Shown here: positions 7,242 through 10,762 of the stretch, piece after piece
Layout: each line of letters begins with the position of its first letter
How positions within the stretch are numbered: the stretch's first letter is position 1
UHGV virus genome: UHGV-0242546
Origin: a virus
Length of the DNA: 10,762 bases
Reading direction: 5' to 3' (one strand)
Program-made: the position numbers and the translations under genes
The notes under the pieces: model-generated
The model's input: only the letters and a program-made list of their open reading frames with translations
Database searches by the model: none
Told to the model about the DNA's origin: nothing

Positions 7242-7434
7242 GAATCCTCCCGGGCGGGATAATGTTGTGAGTCAGATAAGGAGCAGGCTGAAGTCCGGAA
7301 GTTACAGGACAATGGCAGAAGGGAGACTACAGCCCGCAATTCGAAAAAGACCGCGCAGTTGCGCAGAGTGATTACTATGGGGTATTATTCGCCAGCTGAA
7401 ATATTACTTCACGTTTTATTGTTTATTCCTTGCC

Positions 7435-7463
7435 GCCCGCGTCTCCCAGCGCGGGCTTTTTTT
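7435..7463 (+). terminator. Intrinsic terminator on the plus strand (opposite to all neighbouring genes)
   Basis: GCCCGCG-(8-nt loop)-CGCGGGC followed by TTTTTTT. On the minus strand the same stem is followed by GGCAAGG, so it terminates only rightward transcription. Confidence 0.5.
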
Positions 7464-7469
7464 GTCCAT

Positions 7470-7705
7470 AAGAAAGCCCCTCCGGAGAGGGGCTAAAGCC
7501 GCGTATCTGTATCATCATGCACATGGTGCCGGGTGCCTCCCGGTGAGTTCAGCCCGGTGCCACTAAACCCGCGTCATTCTCGTTTTGATAATCAGAGATT
7601 ATACCGTCACCAGTCGCCCCTCCGCTCAGGGGGATTCACCATGCGAAATTTTTTTAACAAATGCCCAGTCTGACAGGCAACTGTCAACTTACTGAATTGT
7701 GAGCA
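7470..7705. repeat. Direct repeat copy A of a ~230-bp structured non-coding element
   Basis: Shares conserved blocks with copy B, in the same order with divergent spacers: AGAAAGCCCCTCCGGAGAGGGGCT, CATGGTGCCGGGTGCCTCCCGGTGA(G/A)TTCAG, GCCCCTCCGC(T/A)CAGGGGGATTCACCATGC, TTTTAACAAA, CTGAATTGTGAG. Confidence 0.7.
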
Positions 7706-7739
7706 ACATAGCATTTAACGGGGAACCTGTTTTCTGCAG

Positions 7740-7767
7740 TAAAAAGGCCCACCGGAGCGGATGGGCC
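7740..7767 (-). terminator. Terminator-like hairpin (minus strand) between the two repeat copies
   Basis: Minus-strand RNA GGCCCAUCCG-CUC-CGGUGGGCC followed by UUUUUACUG. Confidence 0.4.
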
Positions 7768-7956
7768 TGGAAGGATAGCGGTCATGTGATGCCGGTTTCC
7801 CGGTAACTCAGCACCGGTATCTGAGTCAACGTTTTCTCTACTGGGTCATTTCCGATACGCCCTGCCTGCTGACAGGCTTTCATCACATCTGAAAATATAG
7901 CACCCTGACTGATACTGTAGTACCTAAGGTTCCAGAAACTGTGATGTATCCGGCAC

Positions 7957-8175
7957 AGAAAAGCCCCTCCGGAGAGGGGCTGGAGAGTGGCGCTATGTGC
8001 CATTGCATGGTGCCGGGTGCCTCCCGGTGAATTCAGTACCAGCACCTGAATCCGCGATTATCCCATATACCTACTCGCTGATTGCCCCTCCGCACAGGGG
8101 GATTCACCATGCCAGTTTCTTTTAACAAACTCCCCGCAAACCAGACAACAGTCAACCGCCTGAATTGTGAGACAT
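7957..8175. repeat. Direct repeat copy B of the ~230-bp structured non-coding element
   Basis: See copy A. Same conserved blocks in the same order, immediately downstream (in transcription sense) of tRNA argO and its terminator. Confidence 0.7.
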
Positions 8176-8177
8176 TT

Positions 8178-8201
8178 AAAAAAAAGCCCGCAAAAGCGAG
8201 C
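8178..8201 (-). terminator. Rho-independent terminator following the tRNA cluster
   Basis: Minus-strand RNA GCUCGC-UUUU-GCGGGC followed by a U8 tract, starting ~15 nt after the 3' end of the argO-like tRNA. Confidence 0.55.
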
Positions 8202-8216
8202 CAGGGAAAATAAGTG

Positions 8217-8293
8217 TGGCGCGTTGTACTGGATTCGAACCAGTGACCGATTGCTTAGAAGGCAATTGCTCTGTCCGGCTGAGCTAACAACGC
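8217..8293 (-). tRNA. argO: tRNA-Arg (anticodon UCU, reads AGA), phage argO-like
   Basis: Minus strand GCGTTGTTAGCTCAGCCGGACAGAGCAATTGCCTTCTAAGCAATCGGTCACTGGTTCGAATCCAGTACAACGCGCCA folds as a canonical cloverleaf: 7-bp acceptor stem, GCTC/GAGC D-stem, anticodon loop CTTCTAA, T-loop TTCGAAT, encoded CCA. Confidence 0.9.
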
Positions 8294-8306
8294 AGGATAC
8301 AGATAA

Positions 8307-8383
8307 TGGACCGCCTTCGGGGACCCGAACTCCGCGCAACCAGCTTCGAAGGCTGGCGCTCTTTCCTGATGAGCTAATGGCGG
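8307..8383 (-). tRNA. argN: tRNA-Arg-like (anticodon UCG as read, would decode CGA), phage argN-like, with non-canonical features
   Basis: Minus strand CCGCCATTAGCTCATCAGGAAAGAGCGCCAGCCTTCGAAGCTGGTTGCGCGGAGTTCGGGTCCCCGAAGGCGGTCCA. Cloverleaf is recognisable (GCTC/GAGC D-stem, anticodon stem CCAGC/GCTGG, loop CTTCGAA, encoded CCA), but it has an A-A mismatch in the acceptor stem, one T-stem mismatch and G instead of the conserved A58. Confidence 0.7.
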
Positions 8384-8390
8384 TATGTGA

Positions 8391-8466
8391 TGGTGGCCCT
8401 TGCTGGATTTGAACCAGCGACCTGGCGATTATGAGTCGCTCGCTCTCACCACTGAGCTAAAGGGCC
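8391..8466 (-). tRNA. ileZ: tRNA-Ile2 (anticodon CAU, lysidine-type, reads AUA), phage ileZ-like
   Basis: Minus strand GGCCCTTTAGCTCAGTGGTGAGAGCGAGCGACTCATAATCGCCAGGTCGCTGGTTCAAATCCAGCAAGGGCCACCA is near-identical to E. coli tRNA-Ile2 (ileX) as I recall it; anticodon loop CTCATAA. Confidence 0.9.
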
Positions 8467-8515
8467 GGGAGCAGAATAATAATGGTGCGTAATTAATTCT
8501 GCAATCTCATCCGTT

Positions 8516-9565
8516 TCAAACGATTAAATCCTGAACTTCCCTGACTGTCTGCTCAAAACGTCCGGTCTCCAGTTCAACGCCAATCGCACGACGCCCGAGC
8601 GCCAGTGCCGCTTTTACCGTTGAACCTGAGCCCATAAAAAAATCTGCAACCAGGTCACCCGGACGACTGCTTGCGCTGATTATCTGCTGCAGCATTTCTG
8701 CCGGTTTTTCGCACGGATGTTTCCCGGGATAGAACTGCACCGGTTTATGTGTCCACACATCCGTGTACGGCACCTGCGCCGTCACACCAAAATACCGCCG
8801 CAGATGCTTATATTCACTCTGCAGCTCCACATACTGCCGGTTCAGTGACGTATACGTATCCACCAGCTGGTGGTGGGGCTTTTCCAGTTCACCGCGCTGA
8901 TGTTTCTCTTCTGCCACCCGGGCAAACAGCGACTGTAATTTCAGATAATCGCTTTCGTTCGGTAGCTGCCACTGACTGGCACTGAACCAGTGCGACACCA
9001 TGTTTTTCTTTCCTGTGGCATCTGCAATCTGTTTTGCCGTTATCCCCAGGGCCGCGCGCGCATCACGAAAGTAAGAAATCAGCGGGGCCATCACATGCTG
9101 TTTCAGTGCACTGCCCTTCGCCGCATACCTGGCATCTTTCGGACGATACGGCCCCTGATAATGTTCCGCGAACAGAATGCGCTCTGTGGCGGGGAAATAC
9201 GCCCGCAGGCTTTCCTTGTTGCATCCGTTCCAGCGTCCGGACGGCTTCGCCCAGATAATATGGTTCAGCACACTGAAGCGTTCACGCATCATGATTTCGA
9301 TATCAGATGCCAGGCGATGACCACAGAACAGGTAAAGACTTCCGGCAGGTTTCAGCACCCGCCAGAACTGCGCCAGACACTGGTCCAGCCACTTCAGGTA
9401 ATCATCGTCGCCCTTCCACTGGTTATCCCAGCCCTCAGGCTTCACTTTAAAGTACGGCGGGTCCGTGACTATCAGGTCAACAGAATTTTCGGGTAACGAC
9501 CGGATAAATTCCAGGCAGTCGGCGTTGATTAACTCACAACTGGATATTTTTACAGTATTAAGCAT
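8516..9565 (-). CDS. Orphan DNA amino-methyltransferase (N6-adenine or N4-cytosine), beta-class motif order, 349 aa
   Basis: Motif IV DPPY at residues 35-38 (LIVTDPPYF) near the N-terminus and AdoMet-binding motif I FxGxG (DFFMGSGST) near the C-terminus, i.e. IV-then-I order. No restriction endonuclease partner is visible in the window. Confidence 0.9.
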   Translation of the reverse strand: MLNTVKISSCELINADCLEFIRSLPENSVDLIVTDPPYFKVKPEGWDNQWKGDDDYLKWLDQCLAQFWRVLKPAGSLYLFCGHRLASDIEIMMRERFSVLNHIIWAKPSGRWNGCNKESLRAYFPATERILFAEHYQGPYRPKDARYAAKGSALKQHVMAPLISYFRDARAALGITAKQIADATGKKNMVSHWFSASQWQLPNESDYLKLQSLFARVAEEKHQRGELEKPHHQLVDTYTSLNRQYVELQSEYKHLRRYFGVTAQVPYTDVWTHKPVQFYPGKHPCEKPAEMLQQIISASSRPGDLVADFFMGSGSTVKAALALGRRAIGVELETGRFEQTVREVQDLIV

Positions 9566-9597
9566 GGATCATTAAGCCTGTCTCTGATAGGCTCATT

Positions 9598-9686
9598 CTG
9601 CTTTTGCGCAAAGCAGTGGGCCTGAGGTTTGCTTGTGAACCCAACGCATGAGCAGATGGCTGGTGGGTGCCCCTAACACCCACCAG
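9598..9686. promoter_or_regulatory. Pair of palindromes upstream of the methyltransferase: near-perfect 19-bp CTGCTTTTGCGCAAAGCAG (9598-9616) and perfect 10-bp inverted repeat CTGGTGGGTG-N7-CACCCACCAG (9660-9686)
   Basis: Read directly from the sequence. Neither is followed by a U-tract on either strand, so they look more like operator sites or RNA stability stem-loops than terminators. Confidence 0.5.
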
Positions 9687-9705
9687 CCGCCCATTTACCA
9701 CAAAT

Positions 9706-9729
9706 AAAAAAGCCTTCACTGCGGAAGGC
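9706..9729 (-). terminator. Rho-independent terminator overlapping the stop codon of the small wHTH ORF
   Basis: Minus-strand RNA GCCUUC-CGCAGU-GAAGGC followed by UUUUUU. Confidence 0.6.
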
Positions 9730-9913
9730 GTCTGTAACAACCGAACTGATAGTCTGCCAGACCCGCCATAACCAGCTGGGTCAGTATTAACTGGCAGCGT
9801 TCGCGTGAAAGGTAAGTATTCTGTGCAATCTCCCCGACTGTCGCCGGTTCGGTAACGCTTAATTCATTAAACACTACTCTGGCGGTTTCTGTCATATCCT
9901 GCTGTTTTAGCAT
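9716..9913 (-). CDS. Small putative winged-HTH DNA-binding protein, 65 aa
   Basis: MLKQQDMTETARVVFNELSVTEPATVGEIAQNTYLSRERCQLILTQLVMAGLADYQFGCYRRLPQ: the segment ATVGEIAQNTYLSRERCQLILTQLVMAGL has the helix-turn-helix / recognition-helix pattern of MarR/ArsR-type wHTH proteins. The track ORF (94 aa from GTG 10000) is probably an over-extension; the ATG at 9913 is preceded by a purine-rich stretch. Confidence 0.55.
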   Translation of the reverse strand: MLKQQDMTETARVVFNELSVTEPATVGEIAQNTYLSRERCQLILTQLVMAGLADYQFGCYRRLPQ

Positions 9914-10034
9914 GTCTTTTTCCCTTTTCCGGTTAACGTGACACACCAATAACTCTTGTCGAAAAAGCCAGCAAGCTGAAAGACAGGTATTCACCGCCAC
10001 CAGCGCGTTTACTGTACTGACGCGATTTCAGTCA

Positions 10035-10058
10035 TAAAAAACCCGCCAGGCGGCGGGG
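10035..10058 (-). terminator. tR'-like Rho-independent terminator about 45-65 nt downstream of the late promoter
   Basis: Minus-strand RNA CCCGCC-GCCU-GGCGGG followed by UUUUUUAUGAC. Confidence 0.65.
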
Positions 10059-10099
10059 TGTAAAAAATCTTCTAACGTCAGGCATAAAACGCCCATCGT

Positions 10100-10137
10100 T
10101 AGAGCAAATTTACCACAGATTCGGGAAAAATCAACAA
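10100..10137 (-). promoter_or_regulatory. pR'-like late promoter with Q-binding region: -35 TTGATT (plus 10129-10134), -10 TAAATT (plus 10107-10112)
   Basis: Minus strand TTGTTGATTTTTCCCGAATCTGTGGTAAATTTGCTCTAACGATGGGCG parallels lambda pR' as recalled (TTGACT...GGGTAAATTTGACTCAACGATGGG), including the AACGAT pause-inducing -10-like element just downstream. It begins 5 nt after the Q stop codon. Confidence 0.65.
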
Positions 10138-10139
10138 CA

Positions 10140-10762
10140 CTATCGCGTTACCCTCTTTAACTGCCGCTCCGCCCATGCCTCTTCAATGTCAAACCGAACC
10201 ACCAACGTATCGTAAAAGCGTTTCACTGATTTTTTCCACGTATCAAGCGTGATAGCACTCGTCACTTTGCATATGGCATTAAATGCCTCCGTTGATGGTA
10301 GTCTTTCACAGCCACGACCACCACAACGCTGGCAGTCTCTGATAACAGGCATACCACGTTTTACCGACTCTTCACGATGAATGGCGACACCACGCCCACG
10401 GCAATCCTTACAGGCGGTGGAAACCTCACCCTTTCCGCCACACTCCGGACAGGCAACTTTTACCACCTCCCTGACTTTTTTCCATTCTTCCCAGTAAGAC
10501 GGATACACACCTTTCGTACACTTTGCCCATACCGGCGGCTTACCATCCGGATACCAGAACAGGTCGAAGTAATACCCGCACGTTACCTCCAGATGCGCTG
10601 CTGGAATGTGCGGGACGAGGCCGGATTCGACCTGAACGCCTTCCTCGACGAACTCGAACTGTCTGACCCGGTCGAAGCCATACACACCGTTTCCCGCGAC
10701 CTGACGCTGGGGGCAATCTTGCCGCTGGCCAACGGCGGCGAAACCAACGCATGGCTTATCCA
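10140..10762 (-). CDS. Q: Late-gene antiterminator Q (lambda-Q family, zinc-finger); reading frame open to the window edge, true start uncertain (GTG at 10685 or beyond the window)
   Basis: C-terminal half CKDCRGRGVAIH...CQRCGGRGCERLPSTEAFNAICKVTSAITLDTWKKSVKRFYDTLVVRFDIEEAWAERQLKRVTR parallels lambda Q as recalled (CRDCHGTGRAV...CGRCKGVGYSRMPASAAYRAV...TWSRTVKPLYDALVVQCHKEESIADNILNAVTR). A pR'-like promoter follows immediately downstream. The track ORF starts at GTG 10685, but the frame has no stop between there and 10762. Confidence 0.8.
   Translation of the reverse strand, partial: DKPCVGFAAVGQRQDCPQRQVAGNGVYGFDRVRQFEFVEEGVQVESGLVPHIPAAHLEVTCGYYFDLFWYPDGKPPVWAKCTKGVYPSYWEEWKKVREVVKVACPECGGKGEVSTACKDCRGRGVAIHREESVKRGMPVIRDCQRCGGRGCERLPSTEAFNAICKVTSAITLDTWKKSVKRFYDTLVVRFDIEEAWAERQLKRVTR

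Noticed and set aside
7690-7712. AATTGTGAGC motif resembling the left half of the lac operator (in both repeat copies)
   Set aside because: Only a 10-bp half-site match with no dyad partner; most likely coincidental.
7782-8045. 87-aa minus-strand ORF across repeat copy B
   Set aside because: Runs through conserved hairpin blocks of the repeat, has no ribosome-binding site, and is not conserved in frame in copy A.
7470-8175. Possibility that the two repeats are a CRISPR array
   Set aside because: Only two copies, each ~230 bp and internally diverged, with no short regular repeat-spacer periodicity and no cas genes.
7242-8216. Shiga toxin genes (stxA/stxB) at the canonical position between argO and nanS-p
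   Set aside because: No ORF of suitable size or composition exists in this interval on either strand; the region is non-coding apart from short decayed frames.
8058-8412. 93-aa minus-strand and 81-aa plus-strand ORFs overlapping the tRNA genes
   Set aside because: They span the ileZ/argN/argO tRNA sequences and terminator; tRNA cloverleaves explain the sequence.
8749-9496. Plus-strand ORFs (78, 168, 74 aa) inside the methyltransferase gene
   Set aside because: Antisense to a methyltransferase with clear DPPY and FxGxG motifs; His/Arg/Pro-rich antisense-type composition.
9558-9740. 60-aa minus-strand ORF in the HTH-methyltransferase intergenic region
   Set aside because: Overlaps the wHTH gene's 3' end and terminator and the palindromes, has no Shine-Dalgarno, and is Arg-rich; a small real peptide cannot be fully excluded.
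10540-10752. 70-aa Arg-rich minus-strand ORF overlapping the Q 5' region
   Set aside because: Alternative frame of the Q gene; extremely Arg/Pro-rich translation characteristic of an off-frame GC-rich read.

Overview
This window covers the late/lysis region and packaging end of a lambdoid, Stx-phage-like (933W / phage 21 type) prophage, with almost all genes on the minus strand. In transcription order (high to low coordinates): Q antiterminator (frame open to the window edge), a pR'-like late promoter with a short terminator, a small wHTH ORF, an orphan beta-class DNA methyltransferase, the tRNA cluster ileZ-argN-argO, about 1 kb of non-coding DNA where stxAB normally sits (no toxin genes, but two diverged ~230-bp direct repeats), a NanS-p-like sialate O-acetylesterase, pinholin S, a DUF1327-like ORF, SAR endolysin R, a small membrane ORF, Rz/Rz1 spanins, a terminator, an AT-rich two-gene cassette, cos, and terminase Nu1 plus the N-terminus of terminase A. 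The best candidate for an undescribed system is the AT-rich cassette at 1289-2918: a 355-aa ORF and a 206-aa PD-(D/E)xK-like ORF that converge and overlap at their 3' ends, sitting in the moron slot between Rz and cos. All family assignments are from reading the translations and from memory of lambda, phage 21 and 933W; no database search was run.
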